23,608 nucleotides of DNA from a candidate division WOR-3 bacterium (GCA_039801885.1 JBDRVN010000022.1:1-23608); one strand, 5' to 3'; shown: positions 1 to 8,230, counted from the stretch's first letter. Translations and numbers: made by a program. Notes: generated by a model from the sequence alone, not told the origin.

Positions 1-999
1 ACAAGTTGGATAATACCAATAATAGGTAGTGGAAGTTGGATAGATAGTAACATCACCCCAACCACTGCTTGTTTTCATCCGGTGGGCAATATGATAGTAA
101 TAATCATTAGAAGTATATGCCATCCAAACAACATGGACATTGCCATTACCATCAACTGCTACCCTTGGATAATAGTTATAATAACTATATGTAAAAACAG
201 AAACTGTTTCTACTGCACCCCAAACACCATTGGCATCTCTCATCCGATAAAAGATATTATAATAGGAAGAGCCAATTGTTATATAACCATACCAGACAAC
301 ATGGACACGGTTTTGACCGTCAACGGCAATATGGGGATAATATTGGGAAGTCCATCCCCAAGGAGCAACAGTATCAATATCAACAACGGTTGGTGTGGGA
401 TAACTTGGATAAATCTTCGCATAACCAACTGTGTAATATCCACCCCAATAGACATAAAAGGCAGTATGAGCAGTATCACCTTTGCCACCAGCAATTTTTG
501 GATAATAAACAGTTGTAGTTTTTGTTGGTAATGAGCAGGGGTTGGTATAGTTACCATTCGCAAGTTTTGCTCGATAATAAAGCCAATAACCAGCAGGTGT
601 AGATAGATAACCACGCCAAATGAAATGGACATTGTTATTAGAATCACCAGCAACACTTGGATAATAACTATAAGTAAAAGAAGGCGTCCATTTGTTTACT
701 GTCTCTTCTGGCGACCAACTACCACTTTGGTCCCACCATCTCATAATCACTGGATAACCTGTTGTTGTCCGATACCAAACACCATAAACCCGGTTATTTG
801 GCGTATGGGTTGCCCAGTTAGAAAGATAAGAATAACTATAGTTATAAACTGACATACCTGGTGTTAAGCAGACATCAGGTTCCCAAGGAAGTTTCTGCGG
901 AGGAGGCTCAGGTGGTGCAACTGGCAAAGAAGTTCCTTTTGGTGGTAAAGCAAAAATAAAACCTGTAAACAATACTAAGATTAAAAGTTTCTTAAACAT
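1..999 (-). CDS. Secreted Tyr/Trp-rich beta-propeller (BNR/sialidase-like repeat) protein; 3' end lies outside the window
   Basis: Not in the ORF track because there is no stop in the window. Manual translation from ATG 999 is open to base 1: MFKKLLILVLFTGFIFA (signal peptide), a Pro-rich linker, then repeated blades YYPSVAGDSNNNVHFIW, YYPHIAVDGQNRVHVVW and YYPRVAVDGNGNVHVVW. AGGAGG RBS at 1005-1010. Confidence 0.88.
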   Translation of the reverse strand, partial: MFKKLLILVLFTGFIFALPPKGTSLPVAPPEPPPQKLPWEPDVCLTPGMSVYNYSYSYLSNWATHTPNNRVYGVWYRTTTGYPVIMRWWDQSGSWSPEETVNKWTPSFTYSYYPSVAGDSNNNVHFIWRGYLSTPAGYWLYYRAKLANGNYTNPCSLPTKTTTVYYPKIAGGKGDTAHTAFYVYWGGYYTVGYAKIYPSYPTPTVVDIDTVAPWGWTSQYYPHIAVDGQNRVHVVWYGYITIGSSYYNIFYRMRDANGVWGAVETVSVFTYSYYNYYPRVAVDGNGNVHVVWMAYTSNDYYYHIAHRMKTSSGWGDVTIYPTSTTYYWYYPTC

Positions 1000-1024
1000 T
1001 TCAACCTCCTTAAACTTTAATTAA

Positions 1025-1110
1025 AGGGTGAATATTTTTTCTTAGTTAACCAGCCACCCCTACCGGTTAACCTAAAAACTATTATTTGGGCATTATGCCC
1101 AGTCCTCATT
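1025..1110 (-). ncRNA. Candidate structured 5' leader (hairpin plus H-type pseudoknot), copy A
   Basis: Stem 1062-1071/1045-1054 with loop AGGGGUG, complementary to downstream CACCCUU (1030-1024). Shows covariation relative to copy B at 8136-8223. Confidence 0.6.
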
Positions 1111-1117
1111 TGTATAT

Positions 1118-1145
1118 ATTATAACAAATTCTAAAAAAAAGTCAA
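1118..1145 (-). promoter_or_regulatory. Sigma70-type promoter, copy A
   Basis: TTGACT (1145-1140), 16 nt spacer, TATAAT (1123-1118), with an extended -10 TGn. Identical at 8231-8258. Confidence 0.75.
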
Positions 1146-1243
1146 TAGGAAATTTTAATATTTTAATATCCATTTTACCCTTATTTTTCAAGGGTTTTAA
1201 AAACTTTAATAAAATTTTTAATTTCCAAATTAAAGAAGGTTAA

Positions 1244-2308
1244 TTAAAAAATAACTACTTTCTTATAATTCTTTCCTTTTAGGAAATAGACACCTTTCTT
1301 ATTTATCTTATTTACTTTTTCTCCTAATGGATTAAAAATAAAGTAATTATTTTTATAGGATATTTTTACTTTATTTTTATCTTCAAAAATTGCAACACTA
1401 CCATAATCAGAGGTTTTTAAAATCATTCCATTTCTGCCACAAACAAAACCAACTTGGTTAGTTGGAAAATGAATGGCAAAGAAATCAGTATCGTTTAAAT
1501 TATTGGTCTCCCATACCCGACCATCAAAAGTTCTACCAAATAAGCCACTGCGACCACAAAGATAACCAGTATCCGGAGATGAAGGGAAAATAATTCCATA
1601 AAGGATTGTTGGATTAGAAAGACTGAGATTTAGCCATTCCCTTCCGCCATTTGTTGTCTTAAAGATGACACCATTATTGCCACAGAGATAGCCGGTTGTC
1701 TCATTAACAAACCAAATACTTCTTAATGTCTGGGTTGTTGGTAATGGTAAAGGAAACCAGGCATTACCACCGTCTTCGGTTCTCATTAATGTCCCTTGCT
1801 CACCAATAATATAACCAAGATTATTGTTAAGAAAATAAGAACCATAAATGGCAACATTAACACCCAACATCATCATCTCCCAATTTAAACCACCATCTAT
1901 TGTCCGATAGGCTTCACCATTGGCACCAAAAACATAACCAACTTGACTATTTTCCGGAAAAGAGATAGTGTAAAATGTTTGGAAGGAAAAACCACCGACC
2001 GAATTCCAGATCAATCCCCGATTGGTTGTCTTTAAAACAGTGCCATTAGCGCCACAGCAATAACCAGTATCATTATTGACAAACCAGACGTCCCTTAAAT
2101 TGAAAATCACATTACTATTCATCAATTGCCAATTATTACCGCTATTGGTTGTTCTTAATATCGTTCCGGAATCACCAACGATAAAGCCAATTAAGGTATC
2201 ATTAGGAAAATGGATGGAATAGAGATTTCTTATCACTGGCGAATTCTGTCTTATCCAACCACCAAAAAGAAAAGTTAGAGAAATTGTTAATAATAATATC
2301 TTTTTCAT
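1244..2308 (-). CDS. Secreted YCF48/Hcf136-like (BNR repeat) beta-propeller protein with a short T9SS-like C-terminal tail
   Basis: Signal peptide; about 7 repeats of L.(S/D)I.F....G(F/Y)..G..G.I.(R/K)T.(N/D)GG..W; C-terminus FNPLGEKV..KGVYFLK..KKVVIF. Second ATG (2308) chosen for spacing from AGGAGG at 2313-2318. Confidence 0.88.
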   Translation of the reverse strand: MKKILLLTISLTFLFGGWIRQNSPVIRNLYSIHFPNDTLIGFIVGDSGTILRTTNSGNNWQLMNSNVIFNLRDVWFVNNDTGYCCGANGTVLKTTNRGLIWNSVGGFSFQTFYTISFPENSQVGYVFGANGEAYRTIDGGLNWEMMMLGVNVAIYGSYFLNNNLGYIIGEQGTLMRTEDGGNAWFPLPLPTTQTLRSIWFVNETTGYLCGNNGVIFKTTNGGREWLNLSLSNPTILYGIIFPSSPDTGYLCGRSGLFGRTFDGRVWETNNLNDTDFFAIHFPTNQVGFVCGRNGMILKTSDYGSVAIFEDKNKVKISYKNNYFIFNPLGEKVNKINKKGVYFLKGKNYKKVVIF

Positions 2309-2331
2309 CATTCCTCCTTTTTTAAAAAAAT

Positions 2332-2360
2332 ATTATAATTAAATTATTTAAAAAAATCAA
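2332..2360 (-). promoter_or_regulatory. Sigma70-type promoter
   Basis: TTGATT (2360-2355), 17 nt spacer, TATAAT (2337-2332), upstream of the YCF48-like gene. Confidence 0.6.
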
Positions 2361-2361
2361 A

Positions 2362-4239
2362 CTATTTATTTTCCAAAAATTTTTGTATCTCTTGATAGGG
2401 AATCATTTGGGAAAGAAGCATCTTTGTCTCTTTATCTTGCGGGTTAATTTTTAAGGCGTAGATATAATGGGCAATCTCTTCTTTTTCTCTTTTACCAATC
2501 GTTTTTAAGATAATCCCCTTTAATTTATATTTCTCCGCATAAAGATAATTATAAAAATTATTAAAAATCTCTTCGTTCATTGGATTTAAAAATATTATTT
2601 TTCTTGTTAAATAATAAGGGTCAGGAAGATAAGAGATTAAACTATCCATATTATTTATCCAGGTTTCTCTTAAAAGATGGGCAACTCGGGAAGAGCGAAA
2701 TTCAACAATTGGTTTATCATCAGAGTTTATTTCCCGCTCTTTTGTCAGTTCTTCAATCTTTAAGGAATCTAAGAAAATTGTGGAAAAGATTTCAAAAGGG
2801 TTAGTGAGATTAACTGTTAATAAATCGGAAAAATTTGGTAAATTTATCAATCTTTTTAAAGCCAGATTATAATCTAATTTCGCCTCTTTCATAAAACCAA
2901 CCAAAATTCCGTGGGAAAGCCCACGAAAAAGGTAGGTATTAGGAAAAACTGTTTGGAAGGTATTGATAATTGTCACTAAATCTTGAAAGGTTAAGGAGAA
3001 AAAGGGAAGGTATTGGATAGCCATACCATTTTCTTTTAAATGTTCCTTTACCAAAAGGAAAAATTCTTTCGTGTATAAATTGCCACTGCCGAAAATTGGG
3101 TGGGTTGGGTCACAACTTATCACATCATATTTTTTCTTTATTTTTGTTAGATAAGCCCGACCATCATCAACAATCAATCTAACTTTTTTATCTTTATAAA
3201 TAGCGTGATTATAATCTTCAAAATATTCGCTTCCCTTAATCACATCTTCACAGATTTCAACCGCTTCAATATATTTTACCTCTTCACTTTGGCTAAGAAT
3301 AGAAGTGGTTACTCCCATTCCGTAACCAATAACTAAACAGGTTTCCGGATTGGGAGAAAAGACAATTGGTAAAATTCCCATTAATCTAACAGTTTTTAAA
3401 CCAGGATAGGCGGTGCTAATCACTTCGGTGCCATTGACAAAAATCCTTCGCTCGCCGTTCGGATTTTCCACAACACTTACTGTTCCTGATGGTTTTTCTG
3501 AATAGAAAAGAATCTTTAAATATTTTTGATAATTCCTAACATCTAAGGGAAGGACAATCGGTTTATTTAAGAAAAGGGCGATAAAGAGCGGTAAAAGAAA
3601 AGGCAAAGTTAATAAGTAGCGAAAAGAAAATTTTTCCCAAAGAAGAAGAGTGGCAAAAAGAAAGTTTAAAGAAGAAAGAAAGGCAACAGCACCAATAGTC
3701 TTAAATAGGGGTAACAATAAAAAACCAGTGATTAAAGAGCCCAAAATTGCTCCTAAGGTATTAAAACCTTGTAAAAAACCGGCTTTTTCGCCAACTTCTC
3801 TATGATCCTTTGTCAAAATTTTTATACCTAAGGCATAGGTCGTTCCCATTAAGATTGTCGGCGGTAAGATTAATAAGAGAATAAGAAAGAAGGTAAAAAT
3901 TAAAAGAAAAAACCATTCTCTTGTAAGATTTAATGAAAAAAGTTTAATTAGTGTTGGAAAATGGTAGATAGTGAATAATGCCAAAATACTAAAAAAACCG
4001 ATTCCATATTCAACAATTGATAAGAAAATTTTTTCATTTTTCACCTTTTCAATTATTTTACTGATCAAGAAACTCCCTAATGCCAAACCAAAAAGATAGG
4101 TGAAAAGAATTAAAGAAAAGGAATAGGTAGTATTAATAAGGAAGGTGCTTAATGCCCGAACCCAAAGAAATTGATAACCTAAGGCAGAAAAACCTGATAA
4201 GAAAAATCCAAAATAGATTAAGTTTTTTTCTTTTTTCAT
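2362..4239 (-). CDS. Fused membrane (MFS-like)/spermidine synthase-like SAM-binding protein
   Basis: N-terminal multi-TM region (FFLSGFSALGYQFLWVRAL...), then a Rossmann-fold SpeE-like domain: LVIGYGMGVT, AVEI, DDGRAYL, YDVISCDPTHP, GNLYTKEFF. TPR-like end. Confidence 0.85.
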   Translation of the reverse strand: MKKEKNLIYFGFFLSGFSALGYQFLWVRALSTFLINTTYSFSLILFTYLFGLALGSFLISKIIEKVKNEKIFLSIVEYGIGFFSILALFTIYHFPTLIKLFSLNLTREWFFLLIFTFFLILLLILPPTILMGTTYALGIKILTKDHREVGEKAGFLQGFNTLGAILGSLITGFLLLPLFKTIGAVAFLSSLNFLFATLLLWEKFSFRYLLTLPFLLPLFIALFLNKPIVLPLDVRNYQKYLKILFYSEKPSGTVSVVENPNGERRIFVNGTEVISTAYPGLKTVRLMGILPIVFSPNPETCLVIGYGMGVTTSILSQSEEVKYIEAVEICEDVIKGSEYFEDYNHAIYKDKKVRLIVDDGRAYLTKIKKKYDVISCDPTHPIFGSGNLYTKEFFLLVKEHLKENGMAIQYLPFFSLTFQDLVTIINTFQTVFPNTYLFRGLSHGILVGFMKEAKLDYNLALKRLINLPNFSDLLTVNLTNPFEIFSTIFLDSLKIEELTKEREINSDDKPIVEFRSSRVAHLLRETWINNMDSLISYLPDPYYLTRKIIFLNPMNEEIFNNFYNYLYAEKYKLKGIILKTIGKREKEEIAHYIYALKINPQDKETKMLLSQMIPYQEIQKFLENK

Positions 4240-4796
4240 TTTTTATCTCTTAAAAAAAATGAGAGAATTATTAATATTAAAGAAGTAAAAAGAGCAGTAA
4301 GTTTTATTCCTAAAAATTCAATCGCCAAAAAGCCAGTAAAAAGAATACCAAAAACACCACCTAAGGTATTTAAACCATATAATTTCCCTAATTCTTTGCC
4401 GATCGCACTTTCTTTATCTATTAAAATACTGCTTACCACTGGTAAAGAACCACCCAAAAAAGTTGCGGGAATTAAAAGAAGTAATAAAGAGAAGAAAAAT
4501 CTTAAAGGAAAAGAAAGAGAAGAAAAGAATTTTGGCTCCAAAATTAAGGTGATAAAAAAGGAAAGAAGAGCAGAAAAAAATATAATAAAGAAATATATTT
4601 TTCTTTTTAAATAAGGAAAAAGGGAAGTAATTTTTCCAAAAAGAAAAGAACCAAAAACAATTCCCGCCATAATAGCAGAAAGGATTGCCATTAAAGAATA
4701 GGCATTTGTTCCTAAAATTAAAATAAGCCTCTTTTGCCAAAGGATTTCATAAACCAAATTGGTAAAACCTAAAAAAAAGAAAGAAAAAATTATCAT
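4236..4796 (-). CDS. Membrane protein matching the first transmembrane repeat of fused MFS/spermidine synthases
   Basis: FFFLGFTNLVYEILWQKRL, LLIPATFLGGSLP and LYGLNTLGGVFG parallel the N-terminus of the downstream gene. ATGA overlap at 4236-4239. Confidence 0.8.
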   Translation of the reverse strand: MIIFSFFFLGFTNLVYEILWQKRLILILGTNAYSLMAILSAIMAGIVFGSFLFGKITSLFPYLKRKIYFFIIFFSALLSFFITLILEPKFFSSLSFPLRFFFSLLLLLIPATFLGGSLPVVSSILIDKESAIGKELGKLYGLNTLGGVFGILFTGFLAIEFLGIKLTALFTSLILIILSFFLRDKK

Positions 4797-4802
4797 TAAG
4801 AG

Positions 4803-4830
4803 ATTTTATTAGAAAATTTTTAAAAATCAA
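4803..4830 (-). promoter_or_regulatory. Putative sigma70 promoter giving a leaderless transcript
   Basis: TTGATT (4830-4825), 16 nt spacer, TAAAAT (4808-4803), 6 nt before ATG 4796. No SD sequence. Confidence 0.45.
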
Positions 4831-4831
4831 T

Positions 4832-4866
4832 AAAAAGAAAAAGGCCGGGAAAGAAATTCCCGGCCT
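4832..4866 (-). terminator. Rho-independent terminator of the 8107-4892 gene
   Basis: Perfect 10-bp stem AGGCCGGGAA/TTCCCGGCCT with a 5-nt loop, followed by TTTCTTTTT on the minus strand, 25 nt after the stop. Confidence 0.9.
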
Positions 4867-4891
4867 CTCCTTTTGGGATTTTGGACAAACC

Positions 4892-7800
4892 TTAATGGAT
4901 TACTAATTTCTTGGTTGCCCGATATTCATTGGCAACAAATTTCAAAATGTAAATACCAGTAGCAAAATTCTTTTTATCAATCACAAAGGAACCTTTATCA
5001 CTGGTAGCATTGTAGACAATTTCACCGAGGATATTGTAAATCTTTAATGATGCTTTAGTATTAACTGGTAAGGTGTAGGAGACTTTTAGATAATCTCTTG
5101 TTGGTGTTATGGTTAATACAAACTCTTTATTATTAAGAACATTTCCTTGAATAGCCGTTGGCAAAGATTTGCTTGCCATCAATTCGCTACTGAAGCCAAA
5201 GCACCAGAATTCATTGGTTCCACTACCGACAAAGGCAAAGACACCATTGCCCGCTTCGGAATAAGTTAAAGCACCACCACCTTTCACCTTCTTTGCTGGT
5301 GTGCCGGCTGGCTGACCAACATCTAATTCAATCTTCCAAGAATCGTTAGCAGTATTGAAGGAGAAGAATTCTAAGGTATTACCGCCTTTTAAGGCATAAA
5401 TCCGACCTTGTGAAGGAACATAGGCACCAGCACTTCCTTCCTTTGCCTTCTTCTTCTTATTAGTTGAGCCAACCAATGGCATCTCTGGTTTCGTAACTGC
5501 TGTGCCACCAATCGGTATCATATAGAACTCATTTATCTTGCCACCAACCCTTAAAGCATAAATTCTTGCTGTCTCACCAGGAACATAGACAATCCAAGAA
5601 CCGGTCTTCCATTTGTCAGCCGGTAAAGCGGCAGGATTGCAGGCTTCAAAGGTCTCGGTATACCTGTTAAACCTCTTCCATTCATTATTAGAAGAACCAC
5701 AAATGACATAGATAAAGGAATCACCATCAAATGCCTGGGAACTTCCTTTAATTCCTTTTGAAAAGCCAACTTGATACTCTTTCCAGGAATCAACGGCAAT
5801 CTTATAGCGCCAGAACTCTTGGGTATTATTTCCCTTTATCACATAGATATTTTCACCATCCGTGCAAATAGAAGCACCTTTCTTAACATTCTTTTTCTTT
5901 GTTGTGAGACCAGAAAGCGGCACTTCACTCTTCTTTGTCCAGGTATTGGCATTCACATCATAAACCATTAGGTCTCTTGTATTATTACCAACCAAAGCAT
6001 AGATTTTATCACCAAGGGCACACAAAGCACCGCCACTCTTCACTGGTTTTGCTGCACCACTAACATCAGTCATTCTTGACCAACCAGCAGGAATCACTAC
6101 TTTGGTAACAACAAAGGAACCTCTTAATGTATCATTACTGGGATTACGGTCACCGGCTAACATAGTATAAACAAGGGAATTATAGGCTCCGGTATCTTTT
6201 GGCAAGAAATTACCAAATGTCACTTCTCGCTCTTCACCTGGCTCAAGATTGCTTACAGAAACTGTTGCATCAAAATATAAGGAATCACCTTTTCTAATCT
6301 GGAAGGTTGCTTGGGTGGATACTCTAATATTGGCGCTATAATTCTTAATCTTTGCCGTCACTGGTTTGGGAGTTAAGGTATCCCATTGAACCATACCAGC
6401 AGGCCAGACAATCCTTGTTGGACCGACATCAACTTCACCAACAATAAATCTTGAGAGTTTTAGATTATTTGTTGGATTCATATCATTGGTTAAAGCGGTA
6501 TTAACTTGACAAGTCCAAGAACCACCTTCTGCTTCCCAAACACCACTGGCACTCACCTCTCTTTCTTCACCTGGTGCTAAATCGCTCACTTGAACAAATT
6601 CAGTAAAGACTGTGCCAATCCTAAACCAGAGATTGAAACTACCCGTATTCACATTACCAAAATTCTTAACAATTGCTTTTGGCTGGACAAGGTCACCAAC
6701 ATTCAAAATTGTATCTTGTTTCGGCACAAGAATTGTAACAACACCGGCATCTAAAACTCTCACAAAGGTCTTCTGTCTTAAAGTATCGTTTCTCTGAAAT
6801 TCGTCGCCTTCAAAATAGGTCCTTAAAGTTATTAATATTGTATCGCGAATATGGGCATTCCAAGGAGTATAAGTGAGTAATGTCTCTTTACCACTGGGAA
6901 TATCTTGTAAGAAGAGGGAATCACTATAAAGAAGTCCAGCAGTTGGATGTTCAATTGTGAAATAGGTCCAGAATGATTCAGTATAAGAACCACTATTTTT
7001 TACCTTAACAGTTGGGGTAATTGCGGCAGTTGTATCAATATTTAATGAAGGTGAAAGGATTGCTGTCGGTTTGGCATCGTGAACCCTGACAACATCTCCC
7101 CATTTTAATCCCATAGAAACCTGTTGAACAATAACCTGTGAACCATCATAAACGGAAAATTGCATAAAGGCATAGACAGTAGAATCTAAATCAATATTTG
7201 TTGGTTCCCAAATATCAATATCAGCACAATAATAAGGATTAGCCGCAGCACTTCTTATAAAGGTGGCATTGGTATCAAACTGTTTAATTTGACCAGAGTT
7301 CCAACCACCGGTTAAAACCCAGAAGGTATCTGTTCCAGGCGGCACTGCTGATAATGGACGATAGAAACAACTTTGCATTCTTTCCGCATAGATATAACTC
7401 GTATTTTCTTTCCAGCCTTTAATCTCCTTATTATCTAAATCAACCTGCCACCATCTTCTTTGGGAAGCAGAATACGCCTTAGATATATAGAAATATCTTT
7501 TCTGTGGACAATAATCCATACCAGCATACCAATAGTTTGCCTCACATGTCCAAAGATTAAAAGAATCAGCAGCCGTTCCCATCCATCTAAAAGTATCACC
7601 ATCGGCATCCATTTTTGTTAACTGGATTGCATAGCCAGGAGCAGTAGTAGAAGCATCGGTGACACTTGTTACCCATAGATTGCCACTTCGGTCATTATAA
7701 GCAATTCCCCACCAGAGGTCAGCAGTTGAACCGCCAAAATTTGGTCGGTTTTGAATAACAACCTGTCTGATTGTTAGTGAATCAAAATCAACTTTATATA

Positions 7801-8107
7801 TTCCATCAACATAAGAGGAACTGAATTGAAGGAGATAGAATTTATTTATTGCCTTTGCCCAAGTTATTCCACCACCAGCATAGGAAGTAGGTGTTGAGAT
7901 ATAAAATGTCCGCACAACAGTTCCGAAAGGTGGTTGGTCAGTTCCGTGATAGTTAACTTCTGCCTTTATTGAGCAGGTTTTATTAAGATGGGTTCTATCA
8001 GGTGAAAATTTTCCATCTTTCGGTGGCATCATAAAGTCCCAAGGATTAGCAGCAAAAAGATAAACAAAACCAAGAAGTAAAATTAGGATTGATAATTTAC
8101 CTTTCAT
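4892..8107 (-). CDS. Large secreted surface protein: N-terminal propeller-like domain, 3 CARDB/Ig-like domains, Kelch-like propeller and T9SS type-A-like CTD
   Basis: Signal peptide; three D(A/V)(G/K)...I..P...(V/I)KN...ND repeats; Kelch-like blades IYALVGNNT, IYVIKGNNTQEFW and IYALKGGNTLEFF; C-terminus LKIYNILGEIV...TGIYILK...TKKLVIH. AGGAGG RBS. Confidence 0.9.
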   Translation of the reverse strand: MKGKLSILILLLGFVYLFAANPWDFMMPPKDGKFSPDRTHLNKTCSIKAEVNYHGTDQPPFGTVVRTFYISTPTSYAGGGITWAKAINKFYLLQFSSSYVDGIYKVDFDSLTIRQVVIQNRPNFGGSTADLWWGIAYNDRSGNLWVTSVTDASTTAPGYAIQLTKMDADGDTFRWMGTAADSFNLWTCEANYWYAGMDYCPQKRYFYISKAYSASQRRWWQVDLDNKEIKGWKENTSYIYAERMQSCFYRPLSAVPPGTDTFWVLTGGWNSGQIKQFDTNATFIRSAAANPYYCADIDIWEPTNIDLDSTVYAFMQFSVYDGSQVIVQQVSMGLKWGDVVRVHDAKPTAILSPSLNIDTTAAITPTVKVKNSGSYTESFWTYFTIEHPTAGLLYSDSLFLQDIPSGKETLLTYTPWNAHIRDTILITLRTYFEGDEFQRNDTLRQKTFVRVLDAGVVTILVPKQDTILNVGDLVQPKAIVKNFGNVNTGSFNLWFRIGTVFTEFVQVSDLAPGEEREVSASGVWEAEGGSWTCQVNTALTNDMNPTNNLKLSRFIVGEVDVGPTRIVWPAGMVQWDTLTPKPVTAKIKNYSANIRVSTQATFQIRKGDSLYFDATVSVSNLEPGEEREVTFGNFLPKDTGAYNSLVYTMLAGDRNPSNDTLRGSFVVTKVVIPAGWSRMTDVSGAAKPVKSGGALCALGDKIYALVGNNTRDLMVYDVNANTWTKKSEVPLSGLTTKKKNVKKGASICTDGENIYVIKGNNTQEFWRYKIAVDSWKEYQVGFSKGIKGSSQAFDGDSFIYVICGSSNNEWKRFNRYTETFEACNPAALPADKWKTGSWIVYVPGETARIYALRVGGKINEFYMIPIGGTAVTKPEMPLVGSTNKKKKAKEGSAGAYVPSQGRIYALKGGNTLEFFSFNTANDSWKIELDVGQPAGTPAKKVKGGGALTYSEAGNGVFAFVGSGTNEFWCFGFSSELMASKSLPTAIQGNVLNNKEFVLTITPTRDYLKVSYTLPVNTKASLKIYNILGEIVYNATSDKGSFVIDKKNFATGIYILKFVANEYRATKKLVIH

Positions 8108-8135
8108 TTTAAACCTCCTTACCTAATTTTTTATT

Positions 8136-8223
8136 AGGGTGAATATTTTCTTTTTGGTTAATTAGCCACCCCTTACTAATTAACCATAAAACTATTATTT
8201 GGGCATTATGCCCAGTCCTCATT
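8136..8223 (-). ncRNA. Candidate structured 5' leader (hairpin plus H-type pseudoknot), copy B
   Basis: Stem 8175-8186/8155-8166 (UGGUUAAUUAGU/GCUAAUUAACCA) with loop AAGGGGUG, complementary to CACCCU (8141-8136). Confidence 0.6.
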
Positions 8224-8230
8224 TGTATAT

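Larger units (their letters stand above)
1003..1205. repeat. Duplicated upstream/leader block, copy A (partner about 8112-8316)
   Basis: 74 nt are identical (1075-1148 = 8188-8261). The flanks are diverged but alignable: AGGGTGAATATTTT, the stem-loop, AACCTCCTTA and TTTTAYCCTTATTTTTCAA. Confidence 0.92.

Noticed and set aside
82-852. ORF-track entries 82-531, 276-518, 279-656 and 625-852
   Set aside because: Antisense or off-frame shadows of the real 999-1 gene, with no RBS or recognisable motifs.
1025-1110. Assigning the leader to a known riboswitch (c-di-GMP-I/II, preQ1, SAM-II, TPP)
   Set aside because: The diagnostic conserved nucleotides of those classes are not recognisable by eye. 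An Rfam search is still needed.
1177-1195. ACCCTT-N7-AAGGGT hairpin as terminator of the YCF48-like gene
   Set aside because: Short stem, no U-tract on the minus strand, and pairing is not kept in the copy B equivalent.
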